The notes under the pieces are model-generated. The model saw only the letters and a program-made list of their open reading frames with translations, made no database searches and was not told the DNA's origin. A program made the translations under genes and the position numbers. From a virus: 64,000 nt of DNA. The stretch lies in IMG/VR virus record IMGVR_UViG_3300042261_001309, positions 63,117 to 127,116 of that record. One strand, given 5' to 3'. This document shows, piece after piece, positions 18,738 through 29,842 of this stretch; the stretch's first letter is position 1; each line of letters starts with the position of its first letter.

Positions 18738-19642
18738 GGATTGCTAAACCTGCTAGACCATTGTGGCCAACTCTTCCATTCCTCTACAGCCAAGGCTAAG
18801 TTAGCCATTTCCAAATTCAAGTAATAAATGTTAGTGATGTTCTTAGGTGGAACGTTTTTGTAATTCTCACTACACAGATCTTCAAATTTAATATCTGCTA
18901 CTTCAACTTTAATGCCACTCGCCGCATCATTGGCAATTGAAAGAACCGAGACTACTACTGGTTTAATACCGAAGATATCAATATTGCCGTTTGCGTCTGG
19001 TGGCACATCGTTAATACTACCAATAACCGGTGTAGTACAATTACCAAAAGAAAAACTTTTATCACCTCTAGAATACAACGAAGGCTTATTAATTACGTTA
19101 AGTAAAATTTCACCAATAACAGTCGTGTCTAAATTTTTAATATTATCCAGCACTAATGAAATATTTCCGGTGACTGTATTTCCTCTACAACTAATAGACG
19201 TAACCACTGGGGTAGGCACTACCGTAATTAATGACTCCTCTATTTGCGTAGTGGCTGTATCGTAAGTGTCGGCCGTAAAATCAAAGTTCCCTTGTAAGGG
19301 TTCCAGTACCGCCAGTTCACCAAATACAATTTGCCCTGATACGCCATAACCAATACCAGTTAAATTAACTAACTGATAATCATCCGTAAGCGCGGTATTA
19401 AATACACCCAAACTTAACGTAGCCTCAGAAATTAATTTACAAGATACTGTTACACTTATAGCTGTACCTTCAACGACTACTCGCTCTACAAATATACGTC
19501 GATACAAATAAGGTACCGACATCTTTAAGCTGGCTATTAAATTATCCGGTAAACTCTGCCCGGCTACACCGATACACGTGACCCCTTGTTTAAACGGGTA
19601 TTTACGTAATAGATTCTTATTTAAAAATGGAACACGCAGCAT
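18734..19642 (-). CDS. tail/baseplate structural protein, paralogue 3
   Basis: N-terminal FLNKNLLRKYPFK; C-terminal CTTPVIGSINDVPPDANGNI. Confidence 0.6.
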   Translation of the reverse strand: MLRVPFLNKNLLRKYPFKQGVTCIGVAGQSLPDNLIASLKMSVPYLYRRIFVERVVVEGTAISVTVSCKLISEATLSLGVFNTALTDDYQLVNLTGIGYGVSGQIVFGELAVLEPLQGNFDFTADTYDTATTQIEESLITVVPTPVVTSISCRGNTVTGNISLVLDNIKNLDTTVIGEILLNVINKPSLYSRGDKSFSFGNCTTPVIGSINDVPPDANGNIDIFGIKPVVVSVLSIANDAASGIKVEVADIKFEDLCSENYKNVPPKNITNIYYLNLEMANLALAVEEWKSWPQWSSRFSNP

Positions 19643-19643
19643 A

Positions 19644-21512
19644 TTAATCTACGGTAAAAGTAAGCCTAGTTGCACCGGTAGGCCCTGGATAATAATATGT
19701 GGTGCCTCCATTTGTTAAAGCCATATTAGCTGTAATAGCCAACGATACATCTGCAGTTAAACCTGTTTCTGACTTGGCTTCAAATTGAATTACTTGCCGA
19801 TCTGGAAAGGTAAGTTGTGCTGCATTTAATACCAACCGAGCGGGATTAATGCCTGACTTCATCGACGGAATTAATGCCGTAGATACTCCGTTGGATATAC
19901 GATAAGCTGTGCCAGCAATAAAATTAAATGGAAGCGCCAAATCAACAACCAATGACGTGGGCTTATTTTCCAAAATAGGATTCGCTAAGGTAGTCAAACA
20001 AGTGAACAATTCAAAAGTCACCTGATACCGAAAATAAGGGGCCTCAGCTTCCTCGTCATATATCCGCCGGCTTTTAACATTGAAATATATGTCATTCGGT
20101 AAGATTACACAGCGCTTATAAGCTGTGCTAGGCATTGTCGAACCTTCTTGCCTTAATCTCCACTCTATAGATGATGCAGTATTATTTGTAGTAGGTAATG
20201 TAAATCCAGAAGACAGAGTTACCACGTCTCGGCAATCAATAGACCGATTAGTAAAATATTGTACACCACTCGCTACGGTAGGATCAGTAACTAATGAAGG
20301 TGACAGGCTATAATCCGCCATCTTCTCTTTTACTGTAGTTTTACCGTATAACTGCGTCCAACCGGTCCAACTCGATGGATTAATATCGGGATATAAAGAT
20401 TTGTCTACTTGCTGTATGCGAGCGCCAACGATTGGTGAACCGCTAGTATTGGTAGCTGTAGGTAAAGCAGTTAAAGTAAGATTTAACTTAGACCGATTAG
20501 GATCGTAAATACCTACCACAAACGACAAAGTGCTCTTACCTGCGCTCGTATAAGCCGCGTAATCTGCTTCGATATACGGAGCGTGCATAGCCGCCTTGGC
20601 TTCCTGTGCGGCCTTATACGCATTAAACTGCGTAGTAAAATCAGCCACCACAGCTTTAATGTACGTATTTAAATCCTGCATACCGTGACGTAAGCGATTA
20701 ATGTAATACGCGAGATTTTGTACTTCCTGGGCATCACAAATAATATCCCGACACGGGAAATCGACGAATATCTTATGATCGGTTACGCGATTGGTTATGT
20801 AATGACAACTATCTGCTGAAAGCAGTAAATTGCCTAGGCTGTCAGCTGTTGAATCATTAATCCGAAGAATTTCGCCATCGTAAGCTGCACAAGCGTTATA
20901 TAAACCCGAACCGCTGTCTTTTAATACATCCAGATAAAACGAACTGTCATTTATCTGCGTGCCAGTAATGTTAGCCTGTGCTTTTAAATTAACAATATCC
21001 GCTATACCAAACGAGTAAATTTCAGCACCATCGTAATTCTTAAAAGTAGTAGAAATTACCTGGGCGACCGGATTAATAATTGTAGATGAACAAAACTCAG
21101 CCGTACAAACTGAGTCGAAATCAGAAGGCAAGGCATAAGCCGTACCATGTAACATAGCCGGTATGCTGTCACCTGTGATAAATCTAAAAAAGGCACCATC
21201 GCTGGTTACGGTACTTACTTGTTGGGCTGCTGTAGGAAACGGTACAACGAAACTAAAAGTATGCCTAGAACCATCGGCGTACAAACCGACAATGTCCAGC
21301 ATTATTACTGGGTCAACCTCAGATCTAAAAGCAATTAACTTCTTTAATACCGCCCTATTGATTGGCTGATCGTAAGCGACCAATTGAAAATCTAAAAACG
21401 CGTCAATCGGCAAAGGCGCACGAGTGCTAATTACTTGAGCCAAAGTACAGCTATCTTTAAACGGATAATTGACCCGGCTATTCGTAGTTAAATATTCAAG
21501 TATATCTGACAT
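19644..21512 (-). CDS. tail/baseplate structural protein, paralogue 2 with coiled coil and C-terminal extension
   Basis: N-terminal LEYLTTNSRVNYPFK; CAAYDGEILRINDSTADSLGNL; coiled coil followed by beta domains. Confidence 0.6.
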   Translation of the reverse strand: MSDILEYLTTNSRVNYPFKDSCTLAQVISTRAPLPIDAFLDFQLVAYDQPINRAVLKKLIAFRSEVDPVIMLDIVGLYADGSRHTFSFVVPFPTAAQQVSTVTSDGAFFRFITGDSIPAMLHGTAYALPSDFDSVCTAEFCSSTIINPVAQVISTTFKNYDGAEIYSFGIADIVNLKAQANITGTQINDSSFYLDVLKDSGSGLYNACAAYDGEILRINDSTADSLGNLLLSADSCHYITNRVTDHKIFVDFPCRDIICDAQEVQNLAYYINRLRHGMQDLNTYIKAVVADFTTQFNAYKAAQEAKAAMHAPYIEADYAAYTSAGKSTLSFVVGIYDPNRSKLNLTLTALPTATNTSGSPIVGARIQQVDKSLYPDINPSSWTGWTQLYGKTTVKEKMADYSLSPSLVTDPTVASGVQYFTNRSIDCRDVVTLSSGFTLPTTNNTASSIEWRLRQEGSTMPSTAYKRCVILPNDIYFNVKSRRIYDEEAEAPYFRYQVTFELFTCLTTLANPILENKPTSLVVDLALPFNFIAGTAYRISNGVSTALIPSMKSGINPARLVLNAAQLTFPDRQVIQFEAKSETGLTADVSLAITANMALTNGGTTYYYPGPTGATRLTFTVD

Positions 21513-22409
21513 TTAGGAGCAGGTGCATTGCACGCCAACCAATGTTCCAAACTGCGTTACTAGATTAGTCATTTGCATATAATGCTCACGCAGCTTTAGC
21601 ATATCGGTCTCAATCGTCATTGCGCGTTCAGTGAGATCGTTAATTTCTTCACAACCCAAACACGGCTTACAACAAGTATTGGTAATATTTAGCGTATTAC
21701 TGGCGGCTCCAGTTATCTGAATACAGCCATCGTTAGACAAGATACTGATTTTACCGTTAGCGTCAGGCCCAACGTTATTAATAAACCGAATCGGCGGCGC
21801 GACCGTAGTACAAGGTGCGTTTAAGCCTAGTCCGTCGCCTGCGTCAATATTTACAACGTTACCGTCAGATAGCCTAAACTTAACATTTGCCCTAGCTACA
21901 AAAGTTACATTACCAGTTAATGAAAAGTTTGTTCCATCTGCATTAATAAAATGGAATCTGGAAATGCTGCCTTGGTACGGCACGATAGTACGCATTTCTA
22001 CTTCTGTTGAAGTAATAGCAAATGTAAACGTGCCGGTTAACGTACTTTGAAGCCCCGTCAGGGTACCTACGGTTAATTTACCGGTAGCGCCAACATAACC
22101 CGCTGATGGGATAAGGTAATAATCCTTATATAATGTGTGTGCGCTTACTGGAATAACAAATGAACCTAACGCTACACTGGAATCATCCATAAGCGTAAGC
22201 GTTACTTGATCCGTATGGTTTATCAATTCGCTAATGTAAAACCGCTTTGTTGGATCTGCACTAGCAGCCAATGATAAATCAACTAGGAAGTCATTTGGAA
22301 TTACAAACGCCACCCCACTGGTGGTACTTGTTCTATCCACCCCTTCCTTTAACGGAAAATTCCGCAACGTGTTAAGGTTGAGGAAATCCAGATTTTCAAC
22401 GTAAGGCAT
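21513..22409 (-). CDS. tail/baseplate structural protein, paralogue 1
   Basis: N-terminal LDFLNLNTLRNFPLK; CTTVAPPIRFINNVGPDANGKI; Cys cluster CCKPCLGC followed by a coiled coil. Confidence 0.6.
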   Translation of the reverse strand: MPYVENLDFLNLNTLRNFPLKEGVDRTSTTSGVAFVIPNDFLVDLSLAASADPTKRFYISELINHTDQVTLTLMDDSSVALGSFVIPVSAHTLYKDYYLIPSAGYVGATGKLTVGTLTGLQSTLTGTFTFAITSTEVEMRTIVPYQGSISRFHFINADGTNFSLTGNVTFVARANVKFRLSDGNVVNIDAGDGLGLNAPCTTVAPPIRFINNVGPDANGKISILSNDGCIQITGAASNTLNITNTCCKPCLGCEEINDLTERAMTIETDMLKLREHYMQMTNLVTQFGTLVGVQCTCS

Positions 22410-22413
22410 AATC

Positions 22414-24726
22414 TTAGCTGATTGTCCAATAGGTGCCTAATACACAGAAAGGACCAGTGAAACCGGTTTTTAGCCGATGAATTCTGAAATTAACAAAGGC
22501 ATGTCCGGCTAATTCAGAAACAGGAATTTTAAACTCGGGCACAGAAATCAAATAAAACGCATCTTTAGCTTTACCGGTAAGCGAATAAGTAATAGGCGAT
22601 ACCGACGTTATACCGCTTTGAATAAGCGCGGTTGACTTCGTTATGGCATAGTCAAATTTAAAGCTCAAAGCCGAAGAAGGAGCGGTCTTAAAAAAGCCAT
22701 AAAGCTGCAGCCTTAAAAATGCATCCGATCCTACAGATGGCAATACTTCAGGTAATAAGAACTTACCCACATAACCACAGGGCGCCATATTGTAATCCAA
22801 TGTGAGGTATGAATGTAAACCAGTGTATTCCAACCGCGACCCTTCCGGCTCCACAGATAGAACTAAGTTTGAAAAAGCAGAATCAAAGCTAATCGCACAT
22901 TCGCCAGTAATATCATTAGTTAATGCCTGAATACCTCCATAGCCGATAATACGCGTAACCGCTGGACCAACCTCAACATCCATTTTGGCTGTAGTATTAT
23001 TCCAAGCCAATTTTTTAACCGCTTGAGCGGTATATGGAACTAATGCAGAATAACCCGTTGGAACTGTAACCGCTGTATCTGCAACCTGTAACTCAGTATT
23101 GAACGGTAGGTCGAATTGTACCGTTAAATCGCCGTGAGTTGCTTCAGTTGCTGTAGTGGTATCTAAGAAGGTTAACACTCCGGTAGCTTTTTTAACCGCA
23201 CCATCTTCTGGTTGTAAAGACGTAACTACAATATCCTTTAAATCTGGTGCAGCCTTAGTAAACTGCAGTACCATAGTTGGCCGGCTTTCCTTCCAACCTC
23301 TGGCGCTTATGTTTATGGAATTATCAGCCCAGCTCTTAGGCGTATGCTGCAAATAAATCGTACCTGTCCCAGCAGATGTAAAATCAACCGCATGTTCATC
23401 TTCAGTTTTTAAAGTAATCAACGCTCCATTAACTGTGCGAACATAATAAGTAGTGTACTCCGTCAAGGATCCATTAACGCTGTTAATAGTAACATTCGGC
23501 ATCGTTGTATCACTGGCGCCATCGTCAAGCGCAGCTAAACCTTTAATAAATCTCACAGGATCATCCGCAGCTAAACCATGCGCAGTATAACTGCCACCAC
23601 CTTTTTTATACGTAAGCGTAATCTCGTCACTAGTTGTATTTACCGTAGCAACAATTGTACGATTAAGGTTGCTATCCCAAGGCTGAGTTCCGTCGCTGGC
23701 TAATCCACTTGCATCCCCATACCACCAAATACCGGCGTTGTTTAAACACCATTGTCCACCATCTGTAGCTGACCGACGATATGGGAGCGCAACACCGTTA
23801 ACAAACAGCGAAGCATGGATACCCGGCATGAACGGCCCTAAAGCCCTATTTGCTACTTTGGCTTCTGCTTTTTCTAATGCCGTAAGCCCTGCATCGGCAT
23901 CGATTGTAGAATCTGAAGTTGGTAACCAATAATAAAATAATGCTGTACCTATACCTGCACTAGGCGCAAGTGATTGGATAGCTGAGGGTAGTTGATCACA
24001 CGGAATCCAACCAACACGTTTTTGAATATCGACTGCAGAATCGGTAACTCCAGTATCTCGCGCCCAAACACCAGCCGTTAATTTAGGTGTAAACGCGGGA
24101 CGATCTAATAACGTAAAGCGGTAATTATAATATAGCGTGTTTAAACCATCCGGGCTGGGATTCAAAAAGATATTGTGCAGGTCTAACGCAAATCCGGCAT
24201 AAACCATTAATCCTGCAGGAGAAAACGTTAATTTACCGGCTTCGAAATTAGACAAAAACAACGGACCAGAATTTTTAACGGGTACGCCGGACGTAAAATT
24301 ATCGCTATCCAATACGGCCGATAAAATATACTTTTCAGAAATTAAGCCAAACGTATATACGTCTTTTTCGGTAGCACTATCCGGCTCGATGGCGGTAATG
24401 CCCAACATATAGGCGCTGTCGCCAGGCCGGATGTTCTGCTGAGAATTATCGAGTGTAGCCGTAATAAAGGCTGGTTTAAGCCCATCATCAGTCGGATCAT
24501 AATATACTGCCATGTTAGAAACTACGCCGGCACCAGCTACTACCGGCTGAGAATATAGCCTCAATAATGACTTACTGGAAACACCAGCAAACTGCTCGTA
24601 CAAAAATTGCGTGCGATCAGCTAAAGCATCAATGATAGGATTCATTGTGCTAGCGCTAACCGGGCTACCATCAACAGTGGCAGTTTGATCTACGATTCTA
24701 TCAATATTCGAAACCCAGGTGCTCAT
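22414..24726 (-). CDS. tail fibre / baseplate-attached structural protein
   Basis: N-terminal 'MNPIIDALADRTQFL' is typical of fibre attachment domains; beta-rich; positioned after the wedge genes. Confidence 0.6.
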   Translation of the reverse strand: MSTWVSNIDRIVDQTATVDGSPVSASTMNPIIDALADRTQFLYEQFAGVSSKSLLRLYSQPVVAGAGVVSNMAVYYDPTDDGLKPAFITATLDNSQQNIRPGDSAYMLGITAIEPDSATEKDVYTFGLISEKYILSAVLDSDNFTSGVPVKNSGPLFLSNFEAGKLTFSPAGLMVYAGFALDLHNIFLNPSPDGLNTLYYNYRFTLLDRPAFTPKLTAGVWARDTGVTDSAVDIQKRVGWIPCDQLPSAIQSLAPSAGIGTALFYYWLPTSDSTIDADAGLTALEKAEAKVANRALGPFMPGIHASLFVNGVALPYRRSATDGGQWCLNNAGIWWYGDASGLASDGTQPWDSNLNRTIVATVNTTSDEITLTYKKGGGSYTAHGLAADDPVRFIKGLAALDDGASDTTMPNVTINSVNGSLTEYTTYYVRTVNGALITLKTEDEHAVDFTSAGTGTIYLQHTPKSWADNSINISARGWKESRPTMVLQFTKAAPDLKDIVVTSLQPEDGAVKKATGVLTFLDTTTATEATHGDLTVQFDLPFNTELQVADTAVTVPTGYSALVPYTAQAVKKLAWNNTTAKMDVEVGPAVTRIIGYGGIQALTNDITGECAISFDSAFSNLVLSVEPEGSRLEYTGLHSYLTLDYNMAPCGYVGKFLLPEVLPSVGSDAFLRLQLYGFFKTAPSSALSFKFDYAITKSTALIQSGITSVSPITYSLTGKAKDAFYLISVPEFKIPVSELAGHAFVNFRIHRLKTGFTGPFCVLGTYWTIS

Positions 24727-24739
24727 GATTTTATATTAT

Positions 24740-25318
24740 TTAGGACGTAATTTTAACACCCCAGCTAACCGCCAAATTATCGGCTGACGTATAAGTGAAA
24801 GCATCAAAGACTAATTTAGAAAACAATTGGTCTGAGGGATGATTTAATATGTTCTCAGTTGCGTTTCCGCAAGCAGCCAAACCTGCGCCATAAAATTGAC
24901 TCTCTCCACTTGATAATGCTGCATAAGCAGGGCACCGATAGGCCTCTGCGTTATTTAATACAATTGAAAATACTACAATGTTATTTGCGTATGTAGCCCC
25001 TGAGGCTGTGTAGCTGGCCGGTAACGTTAGAGGTACGCGTAAATAATTATGCTCTGCGCCGGTTGTAAATGTAGTATCCGCCTTAGCAGGACTAGTTACC
25101 ACGGCGCTGTTATTCCTGAAAGCCAAGTACAAATGTGAAATTTTAGAATTAGCCGCGCCAGCCAAACAACGAGCCAATACATCTGCGCCACGGTATAACA
25201 CCATATTGCGCTTATCAACCACCAATTGACGGTTACCTTTATCGTCAATTTTCCAAATCTTTACAAAACCAGCAATACCGTCAGGTAGGACAATATTTTC
25301 AAAATTTAAATCAGCCAT
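24740..25318 (-). CDS. tail-collar/baseplate peripheral protein
   Basis: 'G.VKIWK......LVVDKRNMVLYRG..LAR.LAG' and '.L.VSWGV' pattern of tail-collar-like proteins. Confidence 0.55.
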   Translation of the reverse strand: MADLNFENIVLPDGIAGFVKIWKIDDKGNRQLVVDKRNMVLYRGADVLARCLAGAANSKISHLYLAFRNNSAVVTSPAKADTTFTTGAEHNYLRVPLTLPASYTASGATYANNIVVFSIVLNNAEAYRCPAYAALSSGESQFYGAGLAACGNATENILNHPSDQLFSKLVFDAFTYTSADNLAVSWGVKITS

Positions 25319-25335
25319 ATGTCAATTCTAACGAG

Positions 25336-27567
25336 TTAAACTGTATAATCGAAGAACAAAATCCTAGAACAATGCTTACCAAAATGTAACGTAGCTGTAG
25401 ACGGACCAGCGGATACCTGTGAGGTTGTACCTGAGTCTTCATTACACTGCACCCAATCACGAGTATTATCGTTAATAACCATTGTAGTAATACCTGGAGA
25501 TGGTACTACAAATTTATTATCGCTGTCCACTGTCGTTAAATCTAAACCTTTACCAATTGTAAGTAACCGTAAAGGATAACCACGCATAGCATGGGAAGTA
25601 TCCAAATCGCTTGGCCAATTACCTGTAGCGGTAGAGCCATCTGGATTATTTAGTAGCACGTTACCTGCACCATAATTAGTTACTTTAACAATAAACGAAG
25701 AAGCAGAGTCAATTGATGCGGCATAGCCTGTGGTAGATAAATTAACTTCCAGCTGGCTCTCACGATGCCTTAACTTAAACGAATTAGCGTTAACGTAAGA
25801 CACTTCGTAAACGCGATTAGCTAAAATACCTTTTGGCAAATCGTTACCTACTAAAACCACAGTATCACCATCTACAAAACCATGATCCGTAATATTAAAC
25901 GTATTGGTGCTTAGGACTACACTGTCGGTTTCATAAGCTACCCAAGACTCAGTATAAGCCCAAACTTCAGTTTGCCCATCTAGGTTATCTACTGTTTCAT
26001 TTGGCAACGCAAAATCCGCATAAAACATGAAATATACATAGCTTGGTAAAACCTCTCTAAGCAATGAAAATAAGCCAAGACCCGCAGATGCCTCAGCTTG
26101 TGACTTAAAATTCAACTTAACCAACGCTGAGTTTGATTTAAAAAAGTTATCAAAAACAAAATCCAACGGATAAATACCTACCGCTTTATTTGTATAATCC
26201 CCGGCATCGTTATACATGCCTAAGGCTTGCGCAACTTGTTCTTGTCGAGTAACGCCTTCCAAGTTCTTTCCAGCCTCAGATACGTCATTTATATAATCAT
26301 GAAAAATCTGCACATCGGCAACTGAACCATAAACTGGGAAATTAATAGTATAATCGGTACCATTCCAAGTTTTAGTGGCCAACTCAAAATCATTCTTAAA
26401 AGTTAAGCCATATTGATAGTTGCCTAAGAATAGATATGGTGGCAGTGTAATTTCAAAATTATCTGCATAGCCGTCCACTAGGTTTCCAAGCGAATCATAA
26501 GCCAGCCTTGGAAATAACTGATAAGTCCACCAACGTTTGGACCGTACATAATCAAAGTACTGCACAGCATCAACCAATACATCTCCAGCATAAACTTTAG
26601 TTCCTATTACTACCGATGGCAATACATTGTAGTACGCATCGTACTTATATACGTTAACATCAGTAATTACCACAGTGGAATTATCTGTTAATCTAAAAAT
26701 ATCCTGAACCTGCTCTTCTCGGCTTTTTACGGCCGGAACACCTAATAGTGCGGCAGCTAAAACCTGAACAGCCTGAATGGTTGGACCGTTGGAATAAAAC
26801 TTAACCAACGCGTTTAACAGATCCTTAAACAATTGGGTGCTATCAGCTTTAACATCAAACAAATAACCAAAGTTCTGCCATAACAATTGCTGGTCTATAT
26901 CCGCCTGATAAGCCCAAAGAATAATTTCCTGTTCGACCTGCTTTACACCTGATTCATCAGTATAATAAACCCAATCACCGGCGGCTGCATCAAATACGTC
27001 GTATTTAATATTCTCGTCATCTGAAAATAAATCGGCGCCAAATATCAAACGAGTATCCCGTATTTGTACGTCTGCACCAGTATTATAAATACGCGTAGGT
27101 GCAATTATCTTATTGGTTAACAACCGAAAATTCTTTAAATCCCGTAGCTCGCTTTCTTTGGCTACCGCATATTTAGACGAGCTTGGATCTCTTGAACTGC
27201 CAAATGCATATACAACACCCGCGTAAGCTGTCGTGTATTTCTGTTCACCAAAAGTTAAAACAGTATCCAATGTTTCGGATTCAAAATATATCTTTTCATG
27301 TTTGAATTTAGATTTTCTTATACGTACTGGAAACCATTTCTCACGATGAAAAACTGGAATATCTTCAGACGAGTAAGAATTAATCAATTCAACTAAATTT
27401 AAATAATGCTGAACCAGTTCCTCCGATTGCCCGATAGAATAACCTCTAATTGTTCCGCGCTCAGCAAAAAACGAAGTCCAAAAAGTACCCAACGTGGCAT
27501 AAAGTACGTCTGGATTGGCAAACGTAGATGTACCGGAATAATTTAAAATTGGGTAATTTTCAAACAT
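25336..27567 (-). CDS. baseplate wedge protein (gpI-like, extended)
   Basis: Follows the J-like gene; 'LWQNFGYLF...L..FY..GPTI' motif. Likely start is the ATG at 27567. Confidence 0.6.
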   Translation of the reverse strand: MFENYPILNYSGTSTFANPDVLYATLGTFWTSFFAERGTIRGYSIGQSEELVQHYLNLVELINSYSSEDIPVFHREKWFPVRIRKSKFKHEKIYFESETLDTVLTFGEQKYTTAYAGVVYAFGSSRDPSSSKYAVAKESELRDLKNFRLLTNKIIAPTRIYNTGADVQIRDTRLIFGADLFSDDENIKYDVFDAAAGDWVYYTDESGVKQVEQEIILWAYQADIDQQLLWQNFGYLFDVKADSTQLFKDLLNALVKFYSNGPTIQAVQVLAAALLGVPAVKSREEQVQDIFRLTDNSTVVITDVNVYKYDAYYNVLPSVVIGTKVYAGDVLVDAVQYFDYVRSKRWWTYQLFPRLAYDSLGNLVDGYADNFEITLPPYLFLGNYQYGLTFKNDFELATKTWNGTDYTINFPVYGSVADVQIFHDYINDVSEAGKNLEGVTRQEQVAQALGMYNDAGDYTNKAVGIYPLDFVFDNFFKSNSALVKLNFKSQAEASAGLGLFSLLREVLPSYVYFMFYADFALPNETVDNLDGQTEVWAYTESWVAYETDSVVLSTNTFNITDHGFVDGDTVVLVGNDLPKGILANRVYEVSYVNANSFKLRHRESQLEVNLSTTGYAASIDSASSFIVKVTNYGAGNVLLNNPDGSTATGNWPSDLDTSHAMRGYPLRLLTIGKGLDLTTVDSDNKFVVPSPGITTMVINDNTRDWVQCNEDSGTTSQVSAGPSTATLHFGKHCSRILFFDYTV

Positions 27568-27568
27568 A

Positions 27569-29275
27569 CTAATAAGTGATGTTAATTGCGTCGGTTGAAG
27601 AATCAACACTACTTGAACCTACATTGGTAAAAAACATTGCAGTCTTTTTAGATACTCCTGCAATTTTACTAACCGTGGTATCAGGAATAGCTAAAATATC
27701 AGTTCCATAAATAGACCGCACGTCGGTGGCTGTTAACGAGCGGCTGGCTACTGGTAAAATAATGTCACCTTTAAGCCTAACCGGCAATACCACCTTTTTA
27801 ACTTGGTTATAATTGTGACAGATATCTACAATGCGTGAGGCAACCAAGTCTTCGCCAAATGGTATGGAATTAATGTAGTTAAATATATCTAACTTTATAT
27901 TTTGCGCAATCTCAGCTGTAATTGGATTAGCCAAGCTGCCGGTTAACGTTAAACTTACTGTAACCAAACACGGTACTACAGCCTTAACTAAGAAATCAGC
28001 GCAGATATTACGATTAGCGTCATCCAGTACGTAATCTTGAATGGTAGGAATAGTTGGAGCGTAATTAAATAAAATACTCACCAAGCGATCTGCCTTTGCG
28101 CCATTCATATTCGCAAGGCTAAACCGAATAGCCGCTACTTGATATTTTGAAAACCTCGCTTGAGTGGCAGAATATACTGCACAGCTATTTGGCGCCACAT
28201 CGTCATAACTAAAGGTAATACTCATTGTAGATAACCCAATGTTCTCTCCACTTGAAGTATCTGTAATACGGCTAATAGAATAAAATGGCACGACCTCCAA
28301 TATACTGGCAATTTCAGTAGCCGTATAACCCAATGTGCCTAACGCAGTTGCATCTTGATGCAGCACTACTTCATAATATACATTGGTAGTATTTAAAACG
28401 GCTCTACAAACTACTTCTTTACTAGCCACCGATACACTCGGCCGAACATAAATGTCCGCAGTACCTAACGTGGAAATACCGAAGATATTCTCCTTGGCTC
28501 GTTGCATTTCGTAATCGTTTGCTCCCACTACTGAAACAGCCTTAATATCTGGAAACTGTTCGATTAACTTACCTTTAATGGCTACCGGGCTAACCAAGCT
28601 CTTAATTGATAATCCTTCCTTAAACCGATGGATTAACTCTTGGTCTGACTCTACGTTTACACCTTTGGAAAAGTTACCATAAGCGTGGGCTTCAATAAAT
28701 TCAGGAAAATTGTAATTAATGTCTAATGTAAAAGCAGTATTATTCTGTACGGCCCTTATCTCATTGCCGTTTTCTTCGCCAACTGCTTCCGCTTCTACCG
28801 GTACGATAAAATAATATGAAGTGGTGTTTGTAGCGCTAACAGGGAAAAGCTGAGCTTGATTACTCTCAGTAGGTGTTGTTAGAACTACATCCCAAGACTG
28901 TGTTGTAAGATATACAAATTTCAACGAAGGTTGAATGAGCTTAAATCCAGTAGGTATGTAATACCGCTGATTTTTAGTAACGAAAATTTTAACAAAACCG
29001 GTGGCATTTGCACCAGTATTTCTGGCCACGTTATAATTAGAAGCGATTTTATCGATTACTGGGCTATACGTATTAACGGTTGAATCAAAAACCTGTGAAA
29101 CTGCGCTAGCTTGAGAAATACTGTATAAATCGTTGGAAATTAATTCAGTATGTACTTCTGCGCATACTTTAAGCAACAGCTCATTCAATACGGAACCTGG
29201 TGATACATCAGCCGCAGGATTAACTCCTTGAATAAAGGACTGCAATCTTTGAAGGGTTATTTCTAAAGGAGTCAT
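27569..29275 (-). CDS. baseplate J-like wedge protein
   Basis: 'PGSVL.ELL', 'IDKIASNYNVAR..G..ATGFV', 'VPVEA..VG..GN', 'G...ESDQEL..R' and 'G.ADIYV'. Confidence 0.8.
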   Translation of the reverse strand: MTPLEITLQRLQSFIQGVNPAADVSPGSVLNELLLKVCAEVHTELISNDLYSISQASAVSQVFDSTVNTYSPVIDKIASNYNVARNTGANATGFVKIFVTKNQRYYIPTGFKLIQPSLKFVYLTTQSWDVVLTTPTESNQAQLFPVSATNTTSYYFIVPVEAEAVGEENGNEIRAVQNNTAFTLDINYNFPEFIEAHAYGNFSKGVNVESDQELIHRFKEGLSIKSLVSPVAIKGKLIEQFPDIKAVSVVGANDYEMQRAKENIFGISTLGTADIYVRPSVSVASKEVVCRAVLNTTNVYYEVVLHQDATALGTLGYTATEIASILEVVPFYSISRITDTSSGENIGLSTMSITFSYDDVAPNSCAVYSATQARFSKYQVAAIRFSLANMNGAKADRLVSILFNYAPTIPTIQDYVLDDANRNICADFLVKAVVPCLVTVSLTLTGSLANPITAEIAQNIKLDIFNYINSIPFGEDLVASRIVDICHNYNQVKKVVLPVRLKGDIILPVASRSLTATDVRSIYGTDILAIPDTTVSKIAGVSKKTAMFFTNVGSSSVDSSTDAINITY

Positions 29276-29787
29276 ATGGTTTTCTGAATTGGAATCGGTA
29301 ATATGTAATCTACGTTTTCACCTGTGTTGGAATATATACGTACATTAAAAACTGCTGAGTTTGAGGCGCTGTCGTAAGCCAACGAATTTAACACCGCCGT
29401 ATTTAACTGTTCATCATCTGGAATATTTGGCGTATTGGCCTGATATTCACGAAAAGTCTCAATAACCTGCATATTGGCAAAGTTAAACTCATGGATTGCG
29501 TCTTCATATGTAACCATGTTCTTGCTTTTAATCGCTGCCATGAAGTCCGTACCAAACGATGGAAAAATAGGCTGACTGCCTTTTTGTGTAAGCAATAAAA
29601 TAATATACCGCTGCACCAGCTTTTGGATACCTGCGATATATGAAGAAATACGGCCAAAAGCAAAAGTAACCGGTTGCTTCTCAGGTGAAGTTACATTTAA
29701 ACCTCCACCAGCACCAGCTCCTTGGCAAATGTTTACATCCTTTAATGGATGCTCACTGTAATCGTATATGGTACTTTTAACCGCCAT
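29272..29787 (-). CDS. gp25-like baseplate wedge/sheath initiator
   Basis: 'GIQKLVQR....LLTQKGSQP.FP.FGT' gp25-like pattern, directly upstream of the J-like gene. Confidence 0.7.
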   Translation of the reverse strand: MAVKSTIYDYSEHPLKDVNICQGAGAGGGLNVTSPEKQPVTFAFGRISSYIAGIQKLVQRYIILLLTQKGSQPIFPSFGTDFMAAIKSKNMVTYEDAIHEFNFANMQVIETFREYQANTPNIPDDEQLNTAVLNSLAYDSASNSAVFNVRIYSNTGENVDYILPIPIQKTI

Positions 29788-29842
29788 TAAATCATCTTAC
29801 CAAACGGTTGTTTAAAACTCGAGATTTGAATTCCAATTTATG

